From Chlamydiia bacterium (GTDB lineage Bacteria; Chlamydiota; Chlamydiia; Chlamydiales; Parachlamydiaceae): DNA of 18,374 bases. A program made the position numbers and the translations under genes. The DNA is taken from assembly GCA_038257035.1 (NCBI GenBank), contig JBBSJT010000041.1, forward strand, positions 1 to 18,374. The letters are read 5' to 3'. The notes below the pieces were generated by a model. It had not been told where the DNA came from. It searched no databases and worked only from the letters and a program-made list of their open reading frames with translations. Below, in pieces: positions 7,631 to 16,694 of this stretch. Each line of letters begins with the position of its first letter. Positions within the stretch are counted from its first letter, which is position 1.

Positions 7631-10600
7631 ATGAATATTTTTTTTAGCAACAGAATTGAAAGACTTTATCAGGAATTAAAAACGGGAATATTTTCTGAAG
7701 TCAATAATCCCTTTGAAAGACGCATGATCATTGTGCCAAGTCCAGCTATAAAATCATGGTTGATGCTTGAGATGGCAAAAGATCCCGATCTTAAAATTGC
7801 GATCGGCGTTGAAATTTTGCTGTTGGATGAAGCGATTGAAAAACTCATACCAAAACAAAAATTGCCTGGGTTACTTGAACTTTCTTTAACTATCGAAGTT
7901 GAAATTAAAAAAATGATTCATGAAGATTTGACCAAATGGCCAAAACTTATGAATTATCTCAAAATTTCGACAAACATAATTGATAGACGATCCCAAAAAA
8001 GATTGATTGCACTATCCGAAAAATTAGCCTCATTGTTTTTACAATATGGGACATTTGGCGGGGAAATGTTAAATGAACTAAAACTTGAAAATCCTTCTTT
8101 AGAGACAGATGATTTCCAAATTGAATTATGGAAAACTCTTTTTCAAAAAAAGAATTTACCCTACCTTTTAAATGAATTTAAAGAAAACTCTTTACACTAT
8201 AGCTTAAAAAACTCTTCTCTTGTTAACATTCATCTTTTTTCTTTAAGTTTTTTATCCAAAGCACATTTTAATTTTTTTTCAAAAATCTCTAACGATCTTC
8301 CTTGTTTCTATTATTTTCTCTCTCCTTGCCAAGCTTTTTGGAGCGATATTCGCTCTGCAAAAGAACAATCCAGACTAAAATACCATTTAGAAAAAAAAGG
8401 AATTTCAGAAACTCAAAAATTGGAGTTGGATGAGTATCTTCGCGATCAAAACCCGCTTCTTGCAAATTTTGGCAAGATTGGTCGGGAAATGGCAAAACTC
8501 ATCGAAGAGAGTGAAGCCTTGACCGAATCCAACTATGTTGTCTCGGTGGGTATCGAAGATTATGCTCAATATGAAGATTTTTTATTTGATGATTTTGAAA
8601 CAGAAGAAGGCAATTTTAGCCTGCTAAAAGCAATTCAAGCAGATTTGACCTTCCTAAGAAACCCTTCCCATGCAGAAAAAATAGTACTGCCAAAATCGGA
8701 TAGATCCCTTCAAGTACATGTTGCAAGCTCAAAAGCTCGTGAAGTTCAAATTCTTTACGATAACCTTTTAAAAATTATTTCAGAAAATGAAAACGATAAT
8801 CCGATCAAACTCAATCAAATTATTGTGATGGCACCTGACATCATGGACTATGAACCCTACATTCATTCAGTCTTTGGAAGTGATTCAAGTGTGTTGAAGT
8901 ATCATCTGATGGATTTGGAAATGCCTGCAAAAAATCCGCTCATTCGTGAATTTTTAAATTTAATTCAATTGGCAAAAGAAAAATTTTGTGCCAAATCCCT
9001 TTTAAAATTATTTAATGGGGCTTATTTTCAAAAATGTGCACAATTGAGTGTTGAGGATGTAAGCCACATTCAAACTTGGCTCATTAAAGCTGATTTACGT
9101 TGGGGCCATGGTATTGATGATCGAAACGAATGGCTAAGAATGAATGGCTGTAAACAAGAGATGGTTGAAAGCATTGAAGGCGGCACTTTAAGTCATTGCA
9201 TTGAGCGCTTTATTGCATCCTTAGCGGTTGTTAAAAATGAAGATGATGCATTAAATGCAGATCTAGAAAGACTCCCACTTGAAAATATTGCTCCCTCCGA
9301 TGCTCTTGTTTTAGGTAAATTTATTGCCCTGTCAAATTCCTTGAAATACGATTTAAAAATACTTGTGGATGGCACCAAAATGAGCCTTGCTAATTGGGCC
9401 TCATACCTTGATTGCCTTTTACAAGGCTATTTTGGAATAGATGAAACAGACTTGAAGCTAAATGATGATGAACTTTTGCTGCTAAATCAATTTGATGAAT
9501 TCAGAAAATATTCAACAAATTTTAAATCGGAGCTATTTTGTTTTGAAACCATTCACTCTAAGTTAAAAGCTGCTTTTGAAAGAGAACGAGTCGATTTCCA
9601 AGAAGCTGAATTAAATTCCGTACGCTTTTGTTCCATGCTGCCGATGCGGGCAATTCCGGCTTCAATCGTAGTCTTAATGGGTATGAACGAGGACGAATTT
9701 CCAAGAACTGATTCCAAGAACTCTCTTGATTTATGCCAAAACAACACCAATTGCGATTATCGCCCTTCAAAGACCGATTATGACAGGTATTTATTTTTAG
9801 AAAGCTTACTATCAGCAAGAGATTATTTTATTTTAAGCTATATCGGATACTCTCTCACTGATGCATCTCTGAAATCAAGCTCCTTGATTATAACAGAATT
9901 AATCAGCGCAATTGATGATGGATACTTAATCGAAGATAAAAAATTTAGTGAAGTGGGTATTCAAAATCATCCCTTTAACGCTTACGACAGAAAATATTTT
10001 GAAGAAGGCAGCGATTTTGTCAGTTATTCCGCATTTAATTACAATCTTGCGACAAAATTTTACAATTTTGAAAAAACAAAAAAACATCAGTTCATTCCTC
10101 ATTTTACCCCTACTGTTCCAATAAATTTTGACCTACCCGAATTAGTGATCGATTTAAAAGAGCTAATAAGCTTTGCAAGAAACCCACTCAAAACATATTT
10201 TAATAAATCTCTTGGCATTTATCTTAATAAAGATTCTGAATTTAAAAGTGATGAGGATTTTACTCTTTCACCGCTTGATCTTGCAATCATCAAAAAATCT
10301 AGCTTGAACATTCAATTAAAAGATGTTTTTAGCCTTGCGACAAAAAAAGGGATTATGCCGGGAGGCGTTTTTAAGGAAGTGGCAAAGGAAAAAATTTCTT
10401 CTGGTATTACAACGATTAAAGATAATTTGAAAGAATTACAAATCTTACCACAAGACTTTTTTAAAGTTGAATTTGGCTTAAACTTTGACAAACCGATTAA
10501 GAAACCAAATGGAGATTGGCAACTCCCTGCCTTGAAAATCAACTACCAAAATAAAATTCAAATTCAAATTGTGGGAAATTTTCAGGATGTTTGTAGCCAA

Positions 10601-11044
10601 GGACTCGTTGTACACGCGAAAAGTGACAAAGTAGATGTCATTAAAATTTGGCCACAATTTTTGGTGTTTGCAATTCTTGTGGGAAAATATGCAGTTGCAT
10701 CAAATAATTTAATTTTTGCCAAATGCGGAACTCTTAAAACTTACTCTTTTGATGAGCCTCAAAATTTATTGATTAACTATTTATCCTATTATTTTAAAGG
10801 GTTAAAAAATCCATCACCATTAATACCTGAATGGGTATTTGATTTTGTTTATCAAAAAGATGACTCGCTGCAAAAAAAAATAGATGCCAGTTTAGACAAT
10901 GATTTTTCCCCTCTATATAATGACTACCTGGATTGGATGCGAAATCAAGGGAAAATTCTTCCTTGCTTAAGTTTTAATGAGGAATGGAAAATAAATGCTG
11001 AAGAGCTTTATTTAGAACTTTATGAAAAATGGTTTGCCAAATGA
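7631..11044 (+). CDS. recC: Exodeoxyribonuclease V gamma subunit
   Basis: FSNRIERL start, NPLLANFGKIGRE, SLQVH...REVQIL, VMAPDI, PMRAIP, DRYLFLESLLSAR. 1137 aa, directly upstream of recB. Confidence 0.95.
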   Translation: MNIFFSNRIERLYQELKTGIFSEVNNPFERRMIIVPSPAIKSWLMLEMAKDPDLKIAIGVEILLLDEAIEKLIPKQKLPGLLELSLTIEVEIKKMIHEDLTKWPKLMNYLKISTNIIDRRSQKRLIALSEKLASLFLQYGTFGGEMLNELKLENPSLETDDFQIELWKTLFQKKNLPYLLNEFKENSLHYSLKNSSLVNIHLFSLSFLSKAHFNFFSKISNDLPCFYYFLSPCQAFWSDIRSAKEQSRLKYHLEKKGISETQKLELDEYLRDQNPLLANFGKIGREMAKLIEESEALTESNYVVSVGIEDYAQYEDFLFDDFETEEGNFSLLKAIQADLTFLRNPSHAEKIVLPKSDRSLQVHVASSKAREVQILYDNLLKIISENENDNPIKLNQIIVMAPDIMDYEPYIHSVFGSDSSVLKYHLMDLEMPAKNPLIREFLNLIQLAKEKFCAKSLLKLFNGAYFQKCAQLSVEDVSHIQTWLIKADLRWGHGIDDRNEWLRMNGCKQEMVESIEGGTLSHCIERFIASLAVVKNEDDALNADLERLPLENIAPSDALVLGKFIALSNSLKYDLKILVDGTKMSLANWASYLDCLLQGYFGIDETDLKLNDDELLLLNQFDEFRKYSTNFKSELFCFETIHSKLKAAFERERVDFQEAELNSVRFCSMLPMRAIPASIVVLMGMNEDEFPRTDSKNSLDLCQNNTNCDYRPSKTDYDRYLFLESLLSARDYFILSYIGYSLTDASLKSSSLIITELISAIDDGYLIEDKKFSEVGIQNHPFNAYDRKYFEEGSDFVSYSAFNYNLATKFYNFEKTKKHQFIPHFTPTVPINFDLPELVIDLKELISFARNPLKTYFNKSLGIYLNKDSEFKSDEDFTLSPLDLAIIKKSSLNIQLKDVFSLATKKGIMPGGVFKEVAKEKISSGITTIKDNLKELQILPQDFFKVEFGLNFDKPIKKPNGDWQLPALKINYQNKIQIQIVGNFQDVCSQGLVVHAKSDKVDVIKIWPQFLVFAILVGKYAVASNNLIFAKCGTLKTYSFDEPQNLLINYLSYYFKGLKNPSPLIPEWVFDFVYQKDDSLQKKIDASLDNDFSPLYNDYLDWMRNQGKILPCLSFNEEWKINAEELYLELYEKWFAK

Positions 11045-14000
11045 ATGTTTTAGATCGAAATTTAAACGTCCAAGATAGTTACTTATTAGAAGCCTCTGCG
11101 GGAACAGGAAAAACATTTTCTATTGAAAATATTGTGGTGAGGATGCTTATTGAGCATGAAACACCTCTTCTTTTAGACCAAATTCTTATTGTTACTTTTA
11201 CAAAAGCTGCAACTTCCGATCTAAAAAAACGAATTCGTCAAAACATAGAAAAAGTGTTGCAAATTTTTAAAAATCCAAAAAATTGCGCTCAAAATCCCGA
11301 TTACATCGAAGCGCACCTTGAAAAAGGGGAAACAGCAATTAAGACTGCTATTTCAAAATTAAAAACAGCTCTTTTTACTTTTGATGATGCTCAAATATTT
11401 ACAATCCACTCCTTTTGTTCAAAAATGCTTCATGACAATATCATTGAAGGGGGCATCTCTTTGGGAAGTAAAGAGACTAATAGTTCTTTAATGAATACAG
11501 AAGTAATCGATGTGATCCGCAATTTTTTTAGAACGGAGCTAACGGCAAAAAAATTTAGTCAATCTCAAATCAATATTGTTTTAAAAAAACATAAATCCAA
11601 TATCGAAAAAGTTGAAAAAGCGCTCCTTAAATGGATTCTTAAAGGTCTTGAAATTAAAAAAACTACAGATTTCTCTGATCTTTTTAAAAAATTTGTTCAC
11701 ATCATCGAAAATCTACCTTTTGAAAAAGAAAAAATCATTGCCGATTTTGAAAATCAGATTATTAATTACAAAAAATTAAAAAATCACGAAACAGGTCTAG
11801 AAAAAGTTACTGAGTTTGCCAATCTTTTTGAAAAGGATTCTTTTGTTGAAGATGATTTTGATCGTTTAATTCAAAATGATCTTTACCTTTTAGAAGCATT
11901 AGATCCAAAGCAGTTAAAAGTTAAGGTTAAACCACTGGAAAAACCGCTTTTTTATCCTGATCTAATTTCCCAATTAAAAGAAGAACTTTTGCCTCTCGTT
12001 GAAGAGGCTGGTAGCTATGAATGCATTTTTGCCCGAATGGCACATGATGCGGCCCATTTGCTTCAAAATTATTTAATTGAGGAAGAAAAATTTCGCTTCG
12101 ATGACCTTTTAAAGTATATGAAAGAAGCCTTAAAAAATCAGCAATTCCTTGATTCGGTCAGAAAAAGGTATAAAGCTGCTATTATTGATGAGTTTCAAGA
12201 CACAGATCAAATTCAATGGGAAATTTTTAATGGCCTCTTTACTGGCGTTTCACCTATCTATTTAGTGGGTGACCCGAAACAATCCATCTACTCCTTTAGA
12301 CAAGCAGACATTTACACCTACTTGCAAGCTGCAAATACAATTCAAGAAGATCATAAACTTTCTTTGGACACAAATTTCAGATCACAACCTTCTTTAACTT
12401 GCTGCTTAAATGCATTATTTGAAAAACTTTTAAGTCCTGAATTTATTGCGTTACCAAAACTTGAAATTGTTTTAGATTTCTTAAAAGTCAAATCTCCTTC
12501 TACAATTTCAGAATATTTATTTACAGATAACCTTGGAAGTGTTCACTTTTTTATAGCGGAAGCTCAAAATAAATTTGATTTAGATGAAATTGAAAAATAT
12601 TATTTTCCTTTTATTGCCGATCAAATACAAAGTCTTCAAGCTCAAGGTTTTAAACCATCACAAATGGCCATATTGGTCAAAGATCAATTTCAGGCAAATC
12701 GAATTCTTAATTATATGCAGGAAAAAGGCTTTTCATTAGAGCTTCAAAGACTTTCCAATATGTCAGAATCTGCTGTTTTGCCAAATTTGATTGATTTGCT
12801 TAACGCCATTTTGCAGCCTCGCGATGAAAGTTTCTTAAAAAAAGCTCTTGGCAGTCAGTTGATAGGGTTTACCGCCCAAGATATTTTATCCTTAAAAGAT
12901 CCATTATTTTTTGAAAACATCCTGGATAAGTTTCTTTATTTAAAGTCTTTGCTCTTTAATTTTGGCTTTTCAAGCTTTTTCCAAGCTTTTCTTAAAAGTT
13001 CTTTTTTAGCAAATTTAAACGTTGCAGAAGCGCTGATGCAAAAAGAAAATGGTGCTGATATTTACGATGATCTTTTGCAAATCAGTGAGCTTTTAAGTGA
13101 ACATCAAAGCCAGACAAAAGCTACTGTTGATGATTTATTATGTTTTTTAAAAGAATTTGATATTTTAAGCTTTGATTCTGACGATCGCATGAAAAAATTA
13201 AAAGATCCAACCCTAGAAGCTGTCAAAGTATTGACCATCCATTCAAGTAAAGGTCTTGAGTTTGACATCGTTTTTGCTTTAGGACTCATTAACCGTACAC
13301 CCCTTCCTGACACGCTGATCCCTGTTCAAATAGATTCTAAAAATATTTTAGAGCCTCTAACCAACAAATCTTCAAAAAAATATTTAGACCATTGTCAAGA
13401 ACTTGACGCTGAAAAATTGCGTCAATTGTATGTGGCGATGACCCGGGCAAAATACAGGCTTTATGTTCCTGCTGCTTTTTGTTTAAAAGGTAAAGAGATT
13501 GAAGCTCCAAGCGCCTCTTGCATGGAGCTATTTTTAGCAAAGATGAAACCGTTTCGAAATCATGATATAAGCCTCTATGAAAACATTCAAAACTTGAAGT
13601 CAGAAGACTTCATCTCTTTACTTGAAACTCTAAAAATTAATTTGAAATTTACTTATTCCAAATTAAATGAGATGAGCTTTTCATTTAAATCCCAAGAAAA
13701 ACAACATGCCAACCTAACTTGTCCAAAAGTTGTTCAGATTTTAGATGAATCGATCTTCATGACTTCATTTACAAAATCTTCTACAAAAAAATATACTCCT
13801 TTAAAACCTCTTGAAATGCCTCATGATTTTAACCTGGAAGAAAAAAACAAACACAAACTTCCAACAGGAAGAAAAACAGGCATCCTTTTTCATTCCATTT
13901 TAGAGTCATTTCCTTTTGACAAATTTACCGAAATCAACCAACCTGATGAACTCAACTCCTTTACACATCCCTTTCTTAACGGGACAAAATTTGAAAATTG

Positions 14001-14430
14001 GCAAAAAATCTTTAATGAAATTCTTTTTAACCTTCTAAATTGTCAATTGGATTCCTTTAAATTTAAGGAAATTGATCCATATAAAATCTATCGGGAGCAA
14101 GAATTTATTTATCCTCAGTCAGACGTTAATGGATACATGAATGGTATCATTGACTTCATGTTTATGCATGACGGTAAATATTACTTTATTGACTGGAAAA
14201 GCAATTGGCTTGGGGTTACTGATGATGATTATCGTGAAGAAAATTTAAAGCAAGCCATGTTGGAAAATGACTATTACCTGCAAGCAACTATTTACAAGCA
14301 AGCTATTGAAAGATTTTTATCGATCGTTGATCAAAGAACTTTCGAGGAATGTTTCGGTGGCATCTTCTATGTCTTCCTAAGAGGCTTAACAGTTGACAAC
14401 CCCCAAAACGGTGTCCTCTTCTTTCAATAA
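11041..14430 (+). CDS. recB: Exodeoxyribonuclease V beta subunit (SF1 helicase plus nuclease)
   Basis: EASAGTGKT Walker A, DEFQDTD, VGDPKQSIYSFR, TIHSSKGLEF, YVAMTRA and nuclease GIID...IDWKSN. Start placed at the ATGA overlap with the recC stop. Confidence 0.96.
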   Translation: MNVLDRNLNVQDSYLLEASAGTGKTFSIENIVVRMLIEHETPLLLDQILIVTFTKAATSDLKKRIRQNIEKVLQIFKNPKNCAQNPDYIEAHLEKGETAIKTAISKLKTALFTFDDAQIFTIHSFCSKMLHDNIIEGGISLGSKETNSSLMNTEVIDVIRNFFRTELTAKKFSQSQINIVLKKHKSNIEKVEKALLKWILKGLEIKKTTDFSDLFKKFVHIIENLPFEKEKIIADFENQIINYKKLKNHETGLEKVTEFANLFEKDSFVEDDFDRLIQNDLYLLEALDPKQLKVKVKPLEKPLFYPDLISQLKEELLPLVEEAGSYECIFARMAHDAAHLLQNYLIEEEKFRFDDLLKYMKEALKNQQFLDSVRKRYKAAIIDEFQDTDQIQWEIFNGLFTGVSPIYLVGDPKQSIYSFRQADIYTYLQAANTIQEDHKLSLDTNFRSQPSLTCCLNALFEKLLSPEFIALPKLEIVLDFLKVKSPSTISEYLFTDNLGSVHFFIAEAQNKFDLDEIEKYYFPFIADQIQSLQAQGFKPSQMAILVKDQFQANRILNYMQEKGFSLELQRLSNMSESAVLPNLIDLLNAILQPRDESFLKKALGSQLIGFTAQDILSLKDPLFFENILDKFLYLKSLLFNFGFSSFFQAFLKSSFLANLNVAEALMQKENGADIYDDLLQISELLSEHQSQTKATVDDLLCFLKEFDILSFDSDDRMKKLKDPTLEAVKVLTIHSSKGLEFDIVFALGLINRTPLPDTLIPVQIDSKNILEPLTNKSSKKYLDHCQELDAEKLRQLYVAMTRAKYRLYVPAAFCLKGKEIEAPSASCMELFLAKMKPFRNHDISLYENIQNLKSEDFISLLETLKINLKFTYSKLNEMSFSFKSQEKQHANLTCPKVVQILDESIFMTSFTKSSTKKYTPLKPLEMPHDFNLEEKNKHKLPTGRKTGILFHSILESFPFDKFTEINQPDELNSFTHPFLNGTKFENWQKIFNEILFNLLNCQLDSFKFKEIDPYKIYREQEFIYPQSDVNGYMNGIIDFMFMHDGKYYFIDWKSNWLGVTDDDYREENLKQAMLENDYYLQATIYKQAIERFLSIVDQRTFEECFGGIFYVFLRGLTVDNPQNGVLFFQ

Positions 14431-14448
14431 TCTAAGGTTTTTCACCGC

Positions 14449-14478
14449 AAAGGACGAAAACTGTATACCGTCTTTTTT
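14449..14478 (+). terminator. Weak putative intrinsic terminator after recB
   Basis: (AAAG)GACG 14449-14456 can pair with CGTC(TTTT) 14469-14476 around a 12-nt loop, with T6 at 14473-14478. The stem is short and the loop large. Confidence 0.35.
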
Positions 14479-14481
14479 ACA

Positions 14482-14681
14482 TTTTTTTACCGCGAAGGAC
14501 GCGAAGAAGCGCAGCTTACGCTGCGGGAAGAGGCGCGAAGTAGCGCGCTAAAGCGCGAAAGGCAATTAGAGAAATGGTTTTAAAAATTTTTCCTTTTTTC
14601 TTATCCGCGCTTTAGCGCGCTTCTTCGCGTTTCTTCCCGCAGCGTAAGCTGCGCTTCTTCGCGATCTTCGCGGTAAAAAAA
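14482..14681. repeat. Palindromic REP/MITE-like element B: 76-bp arms with nested hairpins, 48-bp spacer
   Basis: Arms 14482-14557 and 14606-14681 are reverse complements with 5 mismatches. Repeated CGCGAAG units. Internal hairpins CGCAGC-TTAC-GCTGCG and CGCGC-TAAA-GCGCG. Confidence 0.92.
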
Positions 14682-14794
14682 GCTGAAGACCGTTTATCCC
14701 TTCTCTCTTATTCTCTATTGTCAAAAAATCGAAGACGCATGAATTGTATCGCAATTTGAAAGATCATGGTTTAGTATGACCTTAATTAGATTGG

Positions 14795-16474
14795 ATGGTA
14801 GGATTCATGGGATTTCAATATAAAGACTTTATTCCCAAAAGCATTAGTTGCTTTAAAGAAGGTTATTCAAAAAAAATTCTCTTTCATGATCTTTTTGCAG
14901 GAATTAGTATCGGTGTCATTTCCCTTCCCCTTTGCTTGGCTTTTGCAATCGCATCAGGAGTAACACCTGATAAAGGGCTGTTTACGGCAATTGTTGCAGG
15001 CTTTTTAATTTCACTTCTTGGTGGAAGTCGCGTACAAATTGGTGGACCAACGAGTGCATTCGTTGTTGTCATATACGCAACTGTTGAAAAACATGGTTAT
15101 GTAGGGCTTGCACTAGCGACACTAATTGCTGCCGTGTTACTCATTATCATGGGATTGGCACGCTTTGGCATATTGTTAAAATTTATTCCATTTTCTGTAA
15201 CTACGGGATTTACAACGGGTATTGCTTTTCTATTGGTTTTTTCCCAAATTAAGGATTTTTTTGGTTTGCAAGCAGATATTGTTCCACCCACCTTCCTCGG
15301 TAAATGTGATCTATATTGCCATATCGTCCACACGTGGAACATATGGGCACTCTTTGTTGCCTTATCAACCTTAATCCTTATTTTTATTCTACGCCATTTT
15401 CTTCCAAAATGGCCGGGACCCGTTTTTGCCATCGTTTTAGCGACCCTTGCCACCCATTTTTTTAAATTACCGATTGATACTGTAGTTTCAAAATTTGGTG
15501 AAATATCCACAGGACTTCCCTACATATCTTTACCATTTTTTTCTTATGAACTTTTCAAAAATGTCTTTCCGGATGCCATCACAATTGCTTTACTTGGCGC
15601 TATAGAATCTCTTTTATCAGCCTCTGTTGCCGATGCACTCATCGGAACAAAACATAGATCCAACATGGAACTTGTTGCCCAAGGTTTTGCAAATATCGGC
15701 TCAGTTCTATTTGGTGGTATTCCGGCTACCGGTGCTATCTCTCGGACAGCTGCTAATATCAAATTTGGGGCAAAAACTCCTGTTGCAGGCATGATTCATT
15801 CTTTAACAGTTTTACTTCTTATACTTTTTTGCTCAGAAGTTGCAGGAAAAATTCCTCTTGCTGCCCTTGCAGGTGTTTTAATCTTTATTGCATGGAATAT
15901 GAGTGAACTTCATCATTTTGTAGAAATTATAAGAGGAAATAGAACGGATGCAGTTATTCTTTTAACCACATTTTTTTTAACTGTTTTCATCAATCTTTCA
16001 ACAGCTGTACAAGTCGGTATCATCTTGGCGGCAATGGACTTTATTAGGAAGATGACAAATGAAACATCTGTAAAGATTTATAAAGAATTAATTTACGAAA
16101 ATGAACATGAATCTACACAAAATGATTCAACACCTTACGATCTACCTGAAGATGTTGTTGTTTTTGAGATTTCAGGTCCATTTTTCTATAGCGTGGCCGA
16201 TCTTTTAGATGAAGCACTTCAACAACTTGACCAAAACCCACGAGTTTTTATCCTGCGCCTTAATAAAACCTCTTTAATTGATTCCACAGGCCTTCGTGCC
16301 ATCAAAAAATTTGCCCTAAAATGCAAATCTAAAGGCATTCAGTTTCTGATTTCCGATCTTAGTGAAAAATATAGCAAACTCTTCAAAAAAATCAACATCG
16401 AAGAACTTATCGGTCCTAACCGCCTATTTAAAGACTTCAACTCCGCCCTCGCCCACGCCAAAACAACAACTTAA
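14795..16474 (+). CDS. SulP/SLC26 family anion transporter (YchM/DauA-like) with STAS domain
   Basis: DLFAGI...LPLCLAFAIASGV, GGSRVQIGGPT, IESLLSA, ELVAQG, PATGAISRT; STAS domain GPFFY...IDSTG. The start may be 14807. Confidence 0.93.
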   Translation: MVGFMGFQYKDFIPKSISCFKEGYSKKILFHDLFAGISIGVISLPLCLAFAIASGVTPDKGLFTAIVAGFLISLLGGSRVQIGGPTSAFVVVIYATVEKHGYVGLALATLIAAVLLIIMGLARFGILLKFIPFSVTTGFTTGIAFLLVFSQIKDFFGLQADIVPPTFLGKCDLYCHIVHTWNIWALFVALSTLILIFILRHFLPKWPGPVFAIVLATLATHFFKLPIDTVVSKFGEISTGLPYISLPFFSYELFKNVFPDAITIALLGAIESLLSASVADALIGTKHRSNMELVAQGFANIGSVLFGGIPATGAISRTAANIKFGAKTPVAGMIHSLTVLLLILFCSEVAGKIPLAALAGVLIFIAWNMSELHHFVEIIRGNRTDAVILLTTFFLTVFINLSTAVQVGIILAAMDFIRKMTNETSVKIYKELIYENEHESTQNDSTPYDLPEDVVVFEISGPFFYSVADLLDEALQQLDQNPRVFILRLNKTSLIDSTGLRAIKKFALKCKSKGIQFLISDLSEKYSKLFKKINIEELIGPNRLFKDFNSALAHAKTTT

Positions 16475-16503
16475 AAGCAATCTGGCACTTAAGAGATATA
16501 CAT

Positions 16504-16691
16504 TTGCTAATTTGGAGTGCTGTGCCCTGGCACAGCTTTGTTGCTCAAATCGACCTGGCGATTTGTAAGCCCGATTTATCGGGGCTTTAAGACTTCCTTC
16601 AAAAAATACAAATCGACTTTGTCGATTTAGCAGCCTGCCAGGTCAGGCTGAAAACAAAGCTGTGCCAGGGCACAGCACTCCAAACTAGCAA
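16504..16691. repeat. Palindromic REPIN-like element C: 39-bp arms enclosing four further hairpins
   Basis: Arms 16504-16542 and 16653-16691 (1 mismatch), each containing the hairpin GCTGTGC-CCTG-GCACAGC or its reverse complement. Inner hairpins at 16546-16565, 16567-16587, 16610-16628 and 16631-16650. Lies between convergent genes. Confidence 0.92.
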
Positions 16692-16694
16692 TTT

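Noticed and set aside
14482..14681. CRISPR array or autonomous IS at the GC-rich repeats
   Set aside because: The repeats are inverted rather than regularly spaced direct repeats with unique spacers; no cas or transposase gene; no clear target-site duplication.
14566..14754. 62-aa Arg/Ala/Lys-rich minus-strand ORF
   Set aside because: It is a translation of the right arm of element B, which explains its composition.
16362..16568. 68-aa ORF overlapping the sulP end and element C
   Set aside because: Out-of-frame overlap with sulP that runs into the repeat; no independent coding evidence.
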